Source: Candidatus Latescibacterota bacterium
GTDB lineage: Bacteria > Latescibacterota > UBA2968
Length of the DNA stretch: 64,000 nt
Direction: 5' to 3'
Assembly (NCBI GenBank): GCA_965208125.1
Contig: OZ242320.1
Span: 5,568,001-5,632,000, forward strand
The translations under genes and the position numbers were made by a program. Below the pieces are notes generated by a model, which was not told where the DNA came from, did not search any database, and saw only the letters and a program-made list of their open reading frames with translations. The stretch's first letter is position 1. Every line of letters starts with the position of its first letter. This document shows positions 39,279 to 48,347 of this stretch, one piece after another.

Positions 39279-39367
39279 AAGAACACTACACTTTGCATTT
39301 GTAAAATTTACATATAAATTTCGACCTTGATATCATCTGGTTTGTTCCATCTCACTTCTCAATTTCT

Positions 39368-40339
39368 TCACCTATTATACGGAAAATGCCCCCCGCGCAC
39401 ATTGCGCCACACCGCGTCGCAAGCCCTTAACACATCCTCATCCAAATGCCCATCTGCGGCCTGAATATTGTGCGTCAAATGTTCCAACTTGCTCGCACCC
39501 AAAATCATCGAATCGACAATTGACTGAGACATCAACCATTGCAAAGACAATTCAATCATCGTCTTGCCAGCAGAATGTGCAATCTGCTTCAATTCATCAA
39601 GCGCATCAAAATTGCGATCGTGCCAGAACCTGCCGTAATAATCCCGATTCAAATCGAATCGCGTACCTGCTGCGGGTTCGATATCCCGCGTGTGTTTGCC
39701 CGTCAGCATGCCCGCTGCAAGTGGATTATATACAGCCATTCCAATATTCATTTCACGACTAAACGCAACGCACTCCTCATCGATACTCCGCGTAATCAAA
39801 TTATAGGGCACCTGCAACACCACAGGCGGCGCCCAATTGTTTACATCGCATTTCCAAAGTGCTTTCATCACCTGCCATGAAGCGAAATTCGACATCCCCA
39901 CATATATGATCTTCCCCTGTTGTACCAACGTGTCAAACGCCGCCATCGTCTCTTCAAGAGGCGTATTCCAATCGGGCTTGTGCAAATAGAGAATATCCAG
40001 ACAATCGGTCTGCAACCGCTTCAAACACGCTTCCACTCCCCGAATCACATGCCAGCGGTGCAACCCCTGATCCTTAATCTCGTCCTCCCCAACAAAATTG
40101 GCTATCTTGCTCGCCAAAATCACCCGATCGCGTTTGCCCTGGAGTGCCTTGCCCACAATTTCTTCGGACACGCCATTCACATAAGTATCTGCCGTATCGA
40201 TAAAATTCACACCGGCATCCAGAGCCGTATCCACCATGCGAATAGACGTAGCCTCATCGGCCTGATCGCCAAATGTCATAGCACCCAAACATATACGCGA
40301 CACCCGAATCCCCGTCCCTCTCAAAACTCGGTACTCCAT
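39368..40339 (-). CDS. Aldo/keto reductase
   Basis: LGAMTFG, IDTADTY, LASK, LYLH, GMSN, YNPLAAG, ILGAS. Confidence 0.93.
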   Translation of the reverse strand: MEYRVLRGTGIRVSRICLGAMTFGDQADEATSIRMVDTALDAGVNFIDTADTYVNGVSEEIVGKALQGKRDRVILASKIANFVGEDEIKDQGLHRWHVIRGVEACLKRLQTDCLDILYLHKPDWNTPLEETMAAFDTLVQQGKIIYVGMSNFASWQVMKALWKCDVNNWAPPVVLQVPYNLITRSIDEECVAFSREMNIGMAVYNPLAAGMLTGKHTRDIEPAAGTRFDLNRDYYGRFWHDRNFDALDELKQIAHSAGKTMIELSLQWLMSQSIVDSMILGASKLEHLTHNIQAADGHLDEDVLRACDAVWRNVRGGHFPYNR

Positions 40340-40431
40340 CTCTCCTCCTAACTATTGCCTGTGCAATCTTTTTCCTTATCTTTACCATCGTCGCTATAAC
40401 ATAACACCGTCTCGTAACTTCGCAATATACT

Positions 40432-40605
40432 ATGATCTGGGTCTTCATCTTTATTTTTATTGCATTTTGGGTCTATATGGGCATTGAACTCTACCTGTAT
40501 TTTCGCAAACCCAAAAATACCGACAGCTGGGACGACATGTCCGAATGGGCGTGGCGGCGCACGGTGCGCAAAGCCATTGACGAAATGTTGAAGGAGAAAC
40601 GGTAG
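40432..40605 (+). CDS. Small single-pass membrane protein (57 aa)
   Basis: Manual translation MIWVFIFIFIAFWVYMGIELYLYFRKPKNTDSWDDMSEWAWRRTVRKAIDEMLKEKR*. Fills the gap before ctaA; no clear RBS. Confidence 0.55.
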   Translation: MIWVFIFIFIAFWVYMGIELYLYFRKPKNTDSWDDMSEWAWRRTVRKAIDEMLKEKR

Positions 40606-40617
40606 TCAGCAGATTTT

Positions 40618-41559
40618 ATGAACGCATTCCAAAAAACCGCCATCACCACCCTCGTTGCGATCCTCTTGCTCATCGGCGTTGGCAGTCTCGTCCGCGTTTC
40701 AGGTGCGGGCCTGGGGTGTCCAGACTGGCCCCGATGCTGGGGCTGCTGGTTCCCCCCCTCGAGTATTGACGACATTGACCGGACCTATCTCGCAGAACGC
40801 GGACTAAACATCGAAGACTTCAACCCGATTAAAATGTGGATCGAATACATCAACCGCCTCATCGGCATGATCATCGGCATGCTGGTCATCGCCACCTTTT
40901 TGCGCGCCATCCCATATCGGAAAACACACCCCGCCATCTTCTACGGCTCACTAATTGCCGTCTTCCTCGTCGGCTTTGAAGGCTGGCTCGGCGGACAAGT
41001 CGTACAATCCGGCCTCAAACCCGGCATGATCACCCTGCACATGGCAGGCGCAATGGTACTCTTATGCCTCTTGCTCTACGTCACATTTCGCGCCGTTGAC
41101 ATCCGCATTCCCACCACATTACCCTCCCCCAAACTACTCGCCCACCTCTCGGCCCTGCTCTTCATCATCGTATGTCTTCAAATGCTACTCGGCACACAGG
41201 TGCGCGAAGCCATCGATCCCTACATCAAAAACAGCGAGGGTATCGCTCGCAGTGCATGGATCGCCAATATTGGCCTCATGGATCACATCCACCGCTCCTT
41301 TACCTGGGTGGTAATTGCCGTTGCCGCTTATCTCGTCTATATCATACGCAAAAATGCAATAGGAGGCTTGCTCAAAGTGAGCAGCTACCTCGCATTCGCA
41401 CTCATTCTGTTTCAAGCAGCCAATGGCATAGCTCTGGCGTATGGCGGCCTACCCCGCGTATTTCAAGTACTCCATCTCGTGACCGCGGCCCTGCTAATCT
41501 GCGCGGTCTATACCCTGTGGCTCACACTCAGAACCATCAACACAAGGAGGTCTTCATGA
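40618..41559 (+). CDS. ctaA: Heme A synthase (COX15/CtaA family)
   Basis: GSLVR..GAGLGCPDWPRC, EYINR, GWLGG.VV, LH, HIHR, VLH; about 8 TMs. Confidence 0.88.
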   Translation: MNAFQKTAITTLVAILLLIGVGSLVRVSGAGLGCPDWPRCWGCWFPPSSIDDIDRTYLAERGLNIEDFNPIKMWIEYINRLIGMIIGMLVIATFLRAIPYRKTHPAIFYGSLIAVFLVGFEGWLGGQVVQSGLKPGMITLHMAGAMVLLCLLLYVTFRAVDIRIPTTLPSPKLLAHLSALLFIIVCLQMLLGTQVREAIDPYIKNSEGIARSAWIANIGLMDHIHRSFTWVVIAVAAYLVYIIRKNAIGGLLKVSSYLAFALILFQAANGIALAYGGLPRVFQVLHLVTAALLICAVYTLWLTLRTINTRRSS

Positions 41560-42515
41560 AAATTTCCGTCTGGCACCGCGAACTCTCCGATTCGTATCTG
41601 CGATTTGTCACCCAACTCGGCGCTGACGCCCTCGATTTTGGGACTGATACAGACATTCCCGGCGTTGCAGAACAGGGGTATCCCGACCTGGATGAACTTC
41701 TAAAAGTGAAGAAAAAAATCCAGTCCTGGGGCCTGTCGATCAACCGCGTCAGCCTGCCAAATATCACAGAAAAATTTATGACCGATCAACCCGGCGGCGA
41801 AAAAGAACTCGAAAATACATGTACGGCACTGCGCATACTTGGCGAAGCAGGCGTACCCATTGCCCGACAGCGATTCTGGGGCGACACCTTTAACGAACTC
41901 ATGTTTCGCTACCGATCTGAACACCGCGGCGGATACCTCTCGCGAGGCGAAAGTCAAGCACTGACCAATCCCGTGCCCGAAACACCCGATTACGAAGCCC
42001 TGCAAGACTGGTGGAAACACTTCTGCATCGTCTATGAAAACCTCGTGCCCATAGCCGAAGAAACCGGGATTAAGCTCGCCATTCACCCGTCCGACACGCC
42101 CAACCCGGACACCCCACTGGGCGGCCTGGGATTTCACCGCGTCATCGACGCCTTTCCCAGCGCACAAGTGGGCTACCTCTACTGCTGTGGCACCCGCGCC
42201 GAAGCGGGCGGCTCACCGCTCGTCCTCGACGAAATTAACAACTACGGCCGCAAAGGCCGCATCTTTATGGTACACTTCCGCAATGTGCGCGGCTCACTCG
42301 CCACAGCCCGCGGTTTTGAAGAAACCCTGCTCGACGACGGCGACATGAACATGTTTAAGCTCTTGCTGGAACTCAACCGCGTGGGTTTCGATGGCTGCCT
42401 GAATCCCGACCACATTCCCGGGCTCGAAGGCGACAACGATCCCATCACTGGTGGACTGGCTTACTCCGTGGGCTATATCAAAGCGCTATTCGCCGCCCTC
42501 GCTGCCCTGCCATGA
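41556..42515 (+). CDS. Mannonate dehydratase (UxuA)-like protein
   Basis: LAIHPSDTP, VHFRNVRG, FEETL..GD, PDHIP, AYSVGYIKAL; AGGAGG RBS before ATG 41556. Confidence 0.8.
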   Translation: MKISVWHRELSDSYLRFVTQLGADALDFGTDTDIPGVAEQGYPDLDELLKVKKKIQSWGLSINRVSLPNITEKFMTDQPGGEKELENTCTALRILGEAGVPIARQRFWGDTFNELMFRYRSEHRGGYLSRGESQALTNPVPETPDYEALQDWWKHFCIVYENLVPIAEETGIKLAIHPSDTPNPDTPLGGLGFHRVIDAFPSAQVGYLYCCGTRAEAGGSPLVLDEINNYGRKGRIFMVHFRNVRGSLATARGFEETLLDDGDMNMFKLLLELNRVGFDGCLNPDHIPGLEGDNDPITGGLAYSVGYIKALFAALAALP

Positions 42516-42516
42516 T

Positions 42517-42622
42517 GAAGTGTGAAGTGTGAAATGTGAAGTGTAAAGTGTGAGATGAAGCACCCGCCTTTGGAGTGGTGTTGGGTGGCCTTCTCACTTC
42601 TCACTTCTTACTTCTCACTTCC
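42517..42622. repeat. Element with inverted 7-mer tandem arms and a conserved core (copy 1)
   Basis: (GAAGTGT-like)x5 ... core ... (TTCTCAC-like)x4; homologous to 58280-58405 in reverse orientation. Confidence 0.8.
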
Positions 42623-42651
42623 TTGACAACCCATAAGCGATTTGATATATT
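42623..42651 (+). promoter_or_regulatory. Sigma70-type promoter of tRNA-Leu(CAG)
   Basis: TTGACA-N17-TATATT. Confidence 0.7.
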
Positions 42652-42672
42652 TGCCTTCGCACTGGATCAGGT

Positions 42673-42759
42673 GCCGAAGTGATGGAATTGGTAGACGTGC
42701 GGCGTTCAGGGCGCCGTGGGCTTAGGCCCGTGTGGGTTCGAATCCCACCTTCGGCACCA
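42673..42759 (+). tRNA. tRNA-Leu (anticodon CAG)
   Basis: GCCGAAGTGATGGAATTGGTAGACGTGCGGCGTTCAGGGCGCCG...GGTTCGAATCCCACCTTCGGCACCA. Confidence 0.95.
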
Positions 42760-42778
42760 TAAATTCTCACACAAAGAT

Positions 42779-42815
42779 AAAAAGGATTATGTCCGCTCGG
42801 CATAATCCTTTTTTC
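42779..42815 (+). terminator. Intrinsic terminator after the tRNA
   Basis: AAAAGGATTATG...CATAATCCTTTTTT. Confidence 0.75.
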
Positions 42816-42840
42816 GATTTGAAGTTAATGGAGCGCAAGG

Positions 42841-43728
42841 GTGATTAATTACGGCGAAGGGGTTGCACTCGGAGCGTCACTGGTTTGGGCATCCACCAGC
42901 CTCGTCTTAAGAACGCTATCCCAGCACCAGCCATCGGCACTCATCACAGCCATCCGCTGTGGGATTTCGGGACCCTTTTTTTGGATGCTATTGCCTTTTG
43001 GTCCCCCCCTATCCACACTGGTCAACGTACCATTGCACGAATGGGGACTTCTGATCGGCTCCGTTTTCATCGGCATTGTCATTGGCGACCAACTCTATTT
43101 ACACGCCATGAAAGAAATTGGCGTATCGCGCACAATGGCTCTGGTTGGCACACTTCCAATTACCACGCTAATTTGGGAGCAACTGCTACTCGATGTACCC
43201 GTCACCCGCACCTTTATTTTTGGATGTATTTTGGCGGCATCTGGCGTTATCTTACTTTCTCAACGACCGCGTCAAAAACGCCAGGACACACAAGAACACC
43301 CCATCCGCCTCAAGCGAGGGATAGCCTTTGCGCTTATCACATCTATACTCTGGGGACTGAGCACCACCATGCTCAAACCTGCGATGGCACATCTCACCAG
43401 TATTCAGGCCAACAGCGTGCGAATGCCGCTCGTAGCCCTATCACTATTTGGCATTTGGCGGCTCAATCAGGGGCGCGGCAATCTGCGCGACATCGGATGG
43501 CGCACATTTGCGCTGATTGCCTTCACCGGACTTGCAGGCATGGGCCTCGGATCTTTCTTCTACGTCGAAGCCGTTCTGTTTATCGGTCCGGCCAAAACAG
43601 CAACAGTAACAACTGCAACACCCGTCCTCTCACTTATTCTGGCCGTAATCTTTCTCAAAGAACAAATCACGCTCCGCCTTCTCACAGGAGTTGCGCTCTG
43701 CGTAGCTGGCGTTCTGCTCGTACTTTGA
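42841..43728 (+). CDS. DMT/EamA family transporter
   Basis: Two 5-TM repeats; IGVSR, IGPAK, LKEQI. Confidence 0.88.
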   Translation: MINYGEGVALGASLVWASTSLVLRTLSQHQPSALITAIRCGISGPFFWMLLPFGPPLSTLVNVPLHEWGLLIGSVFIGIVIGDQLYLHAMKEIGVSRTMALVGTLPITTLIWEQLLLDVPVTRTFIFGCILAASGVILLSQRPRQKRQDTQEHPIRLKRGIAFALITSILWGLSTTMLKPAMAHLTSIQANSVRMPLVALSLFGIWRLNQGRGNLRDIGWRTFALIAFTGLAGMGLGSFFYVEAVLFIGPAKTATVTTATPVLSLILAVIFLKEQITLRLLTGVALCVAGVLLVL

Positions 43729-43754
43729 CCTTCCGCTAACCAGAGGAGCCTTAC

Positions 43755-46391
43755 ATGTCTTTTGCCATCAGATCATGTATCGGAGGATTGATCTTACTTG
43801 CTTTCGTCCAATATGTAGAAGGAAAAACCTCCGAACCCGTACTTCAGAAAAGCTATGGTCACCGAGAAGACATCACAGCGAGCCAACTCATTGAAGAAAT
43901 TGCAGGTGCTGATTCGGCAGCGATTTATCGGGATCTACCACGCGCAAAAAAAGGGAAATTCTTAGACGTATTCTGGCAAGCACACAATCCGCTCGTACTC
44001 AAATACTACTATGGCTATCACCTCGGTCAGCGGCGGTTTTCCGTTTCAGATGCTTATTTTGAACAAAAAAAATTACTCCCAAAAGTCTATTGGACAGGTG
44101 CTGTTCCGCCCGATTCTGCACACGTCACAGAGGCCGTACAAATTTGTACACGCCTGCTAACGCACAATCCCGAAGATGCAGTCGCCATGTGCGCGCTCGG
44201 CTATCTCAGTCTGGAACAGAACTGGGAAAGCGAGGCAGAAAAATTATTTATACAGGCACTCGAACGCGACAAACGCCTGGTCGAAGCCAGAAATGGCAGG
44301 GCACTATCACTTTTGCGCGTACCCAAACAGCGATGGCACGCGAGAAAACTATTTCTGGAGGCGATGGCCTGGGACCGCAAATACAGCGCAGCTTACTACA
44401 GCCTGGCAATGTGCGATTTGATAATGAAAAGTGTGGAGGCAGAAAACAGCCTCAAAAGGTTGATTAAACGGTCTCCAGAATATTCAGACACGTATTTTAA
44501 ATTGGGTGTTTTTTACGAGTCCAGAGGCAAATTTGAAAAAGCCGAAGACGCTTATGACAGACAATTGGAAGCGGATCCCTTTCACACCACTGCGCAATTT
44601 CGCCTGGGAATCATAGCATTTAAAACCGGTCATCCTGCACGCGCAATCGAAATCCTGCAACCCGTTCTGAAAAAACGTCCCGACCTTCAAAAGCCCGTCT
44701 TACCAATGCTCTTTGAAGCCTATATCCAGCTCAAAAATACGCCAATGGCAGAGGAGGTCGCAGTCGCCTATCTCGAGGGATTGGATGAGCACAATCAAGC
44801 GATGTTTGAGGACATTCGCATCGTCGCTTCTCCCGAAGAAATTCACACCTTTAATGCCTTGCCAATCGAAGAACGCGCAGCTTATGTCAGAGCATTCTGG
44901 CAACGCCGCGATCCCACCCCTGCAACCCCTGAAAACGAATGGTTGGTCGAACACATCCGCAGAATCATGTATGCGCGCCGGCACTTTTTTTCGTCCCACG
45001 CGCCCTGGGATCGCCGCGGTAAAATCTATATCCGGTATGGTCACCCAGCGCACTGGAGCCGATCTGACAACATACAATTTGAGGTTGACCCCGCAGCAGT
45101 ACGCGTAAAAGAACGCCTGCTGATGTCGCTAACCGATGATGCGCGAAAAGAACTGATTGCCAATATCCAGCGCATCCGAACATCGGCGAGAGAACCATAC
45201 GCAAATGTGGATCCCGAGACGGGCGTTATGCAGGACAGGATGGAACTCTCGGATTTTGAAAATATTGAATACGGATCAAGGGTAGTACGCGATCGCGGTG
45301 CTCATATCGTCCGCGAGAGACTTCTGACCGACATGCCGTTATCCAACCGGGATGCGGGAATAAGCGCAGAACATCTTCGCGGGTATCCACTTTTTCCAGT
45401 GGATGGGAATAATCCCTGGGAATATTGGATCTATCCAGAAGTCAACGGGGGCATCGAGATCGTATTTACATCGCTGACAAGAGGTGGCGATTTCGACTAT
45501 CCGACGCCATTATCCGTACGAGCCGAATCCAGGGCCAATGCCGTGGTCTGGAACCAGCGGAGACCAGAAGATATTGTCAATCGTGCTATCGGCCGCGACC
45601 CCTCGCGATTTGAGCTTCGCAGAGAAACCCTGAACTTCTATTCTGCCCTGGCGGATTTTCGCGGAGAACAAGGACAGACCCGCCTCGAAATTTATTACGG
45701 CTTGCCAGTTTCAGAACAATCTGAAACAACGCGATTTGAGCGCGGCCTTGCGCTTTTTGACACGACCTGGACGCCAGTTTTTCAAAAAGTTGAACCCTTC
45801 TCCAATATATCTGCCCATACAGACAAAATCGTAGATCGACTAATCGTGAATATTCCACCAGGCCGCTATTATCTGGGCGTTCAAGTACACGATATAGAAG
45901 GCAACAAATTGGGTGCCCAAAAGCAGGCTATTGACGTGGAATCCTATGCAGGAGACAGATTGATGCTCAGCGATATTGAATTGGCAAACCGAATTGAAGA
46001 ACATGAAGCTGACTCTCTGAACATCATCCCCCAGCCCTCAAAATCTTTCTCCGCCGGGCAATCCGTCGCGATTTATTACGAGATTTACGGACTTACAAAA
46101 GATACCTTTGGACAGACGCGCTACCAGATGCACTATCGGATTGCGCCAGCACAGGGGCAAGCACCGGCTGTACGCGTGTTGCAATCTGTGGGAAAACTGC
46201 TGGGGATCGTCAGCGAAAAAGAATTCACCGTTTCTTATGAACAGGTGGGCGAAGCAGAATCTGAATTGAGCTACCTGGAGATCGATGTCACGGACTCCGC
46301 ACAGGGCCTGTACGAATTGGAAGTGAGAATTTTGGACTTAAATGCAAACGTACAAGTTGCCAAATCCACCACCTTTCAGACCGTTGAGTAG
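43755..46391 (+). CDS. GWxTD-domain protein with TPR repeats (paralog of 623-4039)
   Basis: Signal peptide, TPRs, FWQRRDPTPATPENE..EH.RR..WDRRGKIYIRYGHP, WEYWIYP. Confidence 0.85.
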   Translation: MSFAIRSCIGGLILLAFVQYVEGKTSEPVLQKSYGHREDITASQLIEEIAGADSAAIYRDLPRAKKGKFLDVFWQAHNPLVLKYYYGYHLGQRRFSVSDAYFEQKKLLPKVYWTGAVPPDSAHVTEAVQICTRLLTHNPEDAVAMCALGYLSLEQNWESEAEKLFIQALERDKRLVEARNGRALSLLRVPKQRWHARKLFLEAMAWDRKYSAAYYSLAMCDLIMKSVEAENSLKRLIKRSPEYSDTYFKLGVFYESRGKFEKAEDAYDRQLEADPFHTTAQFRLGIIAFKTGHPARAIEILQPVLKKRPDLQKPVLPMLFEAYIQLKNTPMAEEVAVAYLEGLDEHNQAMFEDIRIVASPEEIHTFNALPIEERAAYVRAFWQRRDPTPATPENEWLVEHIRRIMYARRHFFSSHAPWDRRGKIYIRYGHPAHWSRSDNIQFEVDPAAVRVKERLLMSLTDDARKELIANIQRIRTSAREPYANVDPETGVMQDRMELSDFENIEYGSRVVRDRGAHIVRERLLTDMPLSNRDAGISAEHLRGYPLFPVDGNNPWEYWIYPEVNGGIEIVFTSLTRGGDFDYPTPLSVRAESRANAVVWNQRRPEDIVNRAIGRDPSRFELRRETLNFYSALADFRGEQGQTRLEIYYGLPVSEQSETTRFERGLALFDTTWTPVFQKVEPFSNISAHTDKIVDRLIVNIPPGRYYLGVQVHDIEGNKLGAQKQAIDVESYAGDRLMLSDIELANRIEEHEADSLNIIPQPSKSFSAGQSVAIYYEIYGLTKDTFGQTRYQMHYRIAPAQGQAPAVRVLQSVGKLLGIVSEKEFTVSYEQVGEAESELSYLEIDVTDSAQGLYELEVRILDLNANVQVAKSTTFQTVE

Positions 46392-46420
46392 AAGCGATTA
46401 GTGGTATTATTCCCAAATAG

Positions 46421-46448
46421 TTGACAAAATTTAAGTGAGAATTAAATT
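46421..46448 (+). promoter_or_regulatory. Putative sigma70 promoter of the nitrile hydratase operon
   Basis: TTGACA-N16-TAAATT. Confidence 0.5.
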
Positions 46449-46504
46449 ATGAAACCTCTCAGAAACCTGGCAAACATACACAACAGCTAACAACAGGAGC
46501 AAAC

Positions 46505-47176
46505 ATGGACGGCATTCACGACATGGGCGGGATGCATGGCTTTGGTCCCATTGTGCGCGAAGAAAACGAACCCTTGTTTCACCACTCCTGGGAGGGCAGG
46601 GTCCTCGCCATATCCGTAGCCACACCAGTACCAATCCCCGGAGGCTCCCGCAACAATATCGAAAACATGGACCCCGCGCACTACCTATCGTCCAGCTATT
46701 ACGAAAAATGGCTACACTCCCGTATCAAAGGACTGATCGACGCTGGCGTACTAACCCCGGAAGAGATGGAAACGCGGATGGCACTCTTCCGCAACAACCC
46801 CAATGCCGAAACTCCCGTACACCCCGATTCCGATGCCGTCAGAGCGGAACTCGTGCGATCGCGTCCCGCTGGTCCACCCCAACAGAAAATGGACGTCCAA
46901 CCTCAATTCTCCAATGGCGACCGCGTAAGATCGCGCAATATCCACCCCGAAGGGCACACCCGGCTCCCCCGATACGCACGGGACAAATACGGCACAATCA
47001 CCAATTACTACGGCATCGACAATCTCCAGGACGCCGAACTGCCCAAAGGGTGTACAAATCGCCAGCAACCCTTATACGCCGTGCGCTTTGAAGCCTCGGA
47101 ACTATGGGGTAACACCGCCGAAACAAAAAGTGCCGTCTATCTGGACATGTGGGAAAGCTACCTGGAACCCGTTTAA
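46505..47176 (+). CDS. nthB: Nitrile hydratase subunit beta
   Basis: [39 protein letters not shown]. Confidence 0.95.
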   Translation: MDGIHDMGGMHGFGPIVREENEPLFHHSWEGRVLAISVATPVPIPGGSRNNIENMDPAHYLSSSYYEKWLHSRIKGLIDAGVLTPEEMETRMALFRNNPNAETPVHPDSDAVRAELVRSRPAGPPQQKMDVQPQFSNGDRVRSRNIHPEGHTRLPRYARDKYGTITNYYGIDNLQDAELPKGCTNRQQPLYAVRFEASELWGNTAETKSAVYLDMWESYLEPV

Positions 47177-47204
47177 TCATCCCCAAGCACAAAAGGATTT
47201 TTTT

Positions 47205-47798
47205 ATGAACACTGTTGCCCAAACCGAGACTGCCCTGCGCACCAGAGCGCTCGAATCGCTCCTCATCGAAAAGGGATTGATTACAGCAGATATTATAGAC
47301 GAAGTCGTAGAAAAATACGAAAAAGACGTAGGTCCTCTCAACGGTGCCAAAGTGGTTGCCCGTGCATGGGCCGATCCGGACTACAAACACCGGCTGCTTG
47401 AAGATGGCAGAGCGGCAATTGCCGAACTGGGTTTTGACAGCGCGCAGGGGGCCAAAATCGTCGTACTGGAAAACACACCGGACGTCCACCACCTCGTCGT
47501 CTGCACCCTTTGCTCCTGTTATCCCTGGTCCGTACTCGGCTTGCCTCCGAACTGGTACAAATCCTATGCGTACCGCTCTTGTGCCGTGCGAGAGCCAAGA
47601 GCCGTCTTGCGGGAATTTAACCTCAATCTACCCGATACCGTAGAAATCCGCGTCTGGGACAGCAACTCGGACCTCCGCTACATGGTCCTGCCCGAACGCC
47701 CTGCTGGCACAGAAAACTACACCGAAGAACAACTCATCTCACTTGTCACGCGCGACTCAATGATCGGCGTCGCCAAAATCGAATCGCCCTCAAAATGA
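47205..47798 (+). CDS. nthA: Nitrile hydratase subunit alpha (cobalt type)
   Basis: [21 protein letters not shown] (Co-type CTLCSCY), [19 protein letters not shown]. Confidence 0.95.
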   Translation: MNTVAQTETALRTRALESLLIEKGLITADIIDEVVEKYEKDVGPLNGAKVVARAWADPDYKHRLLEDGRAAIAELGFDSAQGAKIVVLENTPDVHHLVVCTLCSCYPWSVLGLPPNWYKSYAYRSCAVREPRAVLREFNLNLPDTVEIRVWDSNSDLRYMVLPERPAGTENYTEEQLISLVTRDSMIGVAKIESPSK

Positions 47799-47805
47799 GG
47801 CTGGA

Positions 47806-48153
47806 ATGACGCAAAAAACCGACAAAAAAATTGCCTCCCTGGAAGCAAAAATCGCCCTGCCCAGAGAAAATGGAGAACTCGTTTTTCAGGCTCCCTGGGA
47901 AGCGCGCGCTTTCGGCCTTGCCGTTGCGCTCAACGAAAAAGACCTCTACAAATGGCGGGAGTTCAGCTCCCAATTGGCTTCGGAAATCGCGGCAGCAGAA
48001 CAAAACAACAACCCATCGAGCTACTATGCCCGATGGGTCGCTTCCCTCGAAGAACTGCTCATTGATAGAGGCTTAATCAGCCGGGAACAACTGGACGCCA
48101 GAACAGCGGAATACGCCTCTGGCATTCACGACCATCACGATCACGACCACTAA
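47806..48153 (+). CDS. Nitrile hydratase accessory protein (P14K/NhlE-like)
   Basis: PRENGELVFQAPWEARAFGLAV, YYARW, His-rich tail HDHHDHDH. Confidence 0.9.
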   Translation: MTQKTDKKIASLEAKIALPRENGELVFQAPWEARAFGLAVALNEKDLYKWREFSSQLASEIAAAEQNNNPSSYYARWVASLEELLIDRGLISREQLDARTAEYASGIHDHHDHDH

Positions 48154-48174
48154 AATTTACGCTCCACAAACCAG

Positions 48175-48208
48175 AAAGGGTTACGCCATCTCGACGTAAC
48201 CCTTTTTT
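48175..48208 (+). terminator. Intrinsic terminator (possibly bidirectional)
   Basis: AAAGGGTTACG...CGTAACCCTTTTTT between convergent genes. Confidence 0.75.
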
Positions 48209-48290
48209 GCTATTAACTTTACTGGCGTTGTGCCCAGCGTGTGCCTATGCTGTGAGACTTCTCAAATTACGCGCTCTTCTTTTGATTTTT

Positions 48291-48345
48291 CCATCTGCGT
48301 TTATCTGCGAAAAACGCTCAAATTATTCGCGTTTTTTCTGCGGAT
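48291..48345 (-). repeat. 10-mer CAGAT repeats downstream of the sulfatase stop
   Basis: Minus strand: CCGCAGAAAAAACGCG...CGCAGATAAA CGCAGATGG. Confidence 0.6.
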
Positions 48346-48347
48346 CC

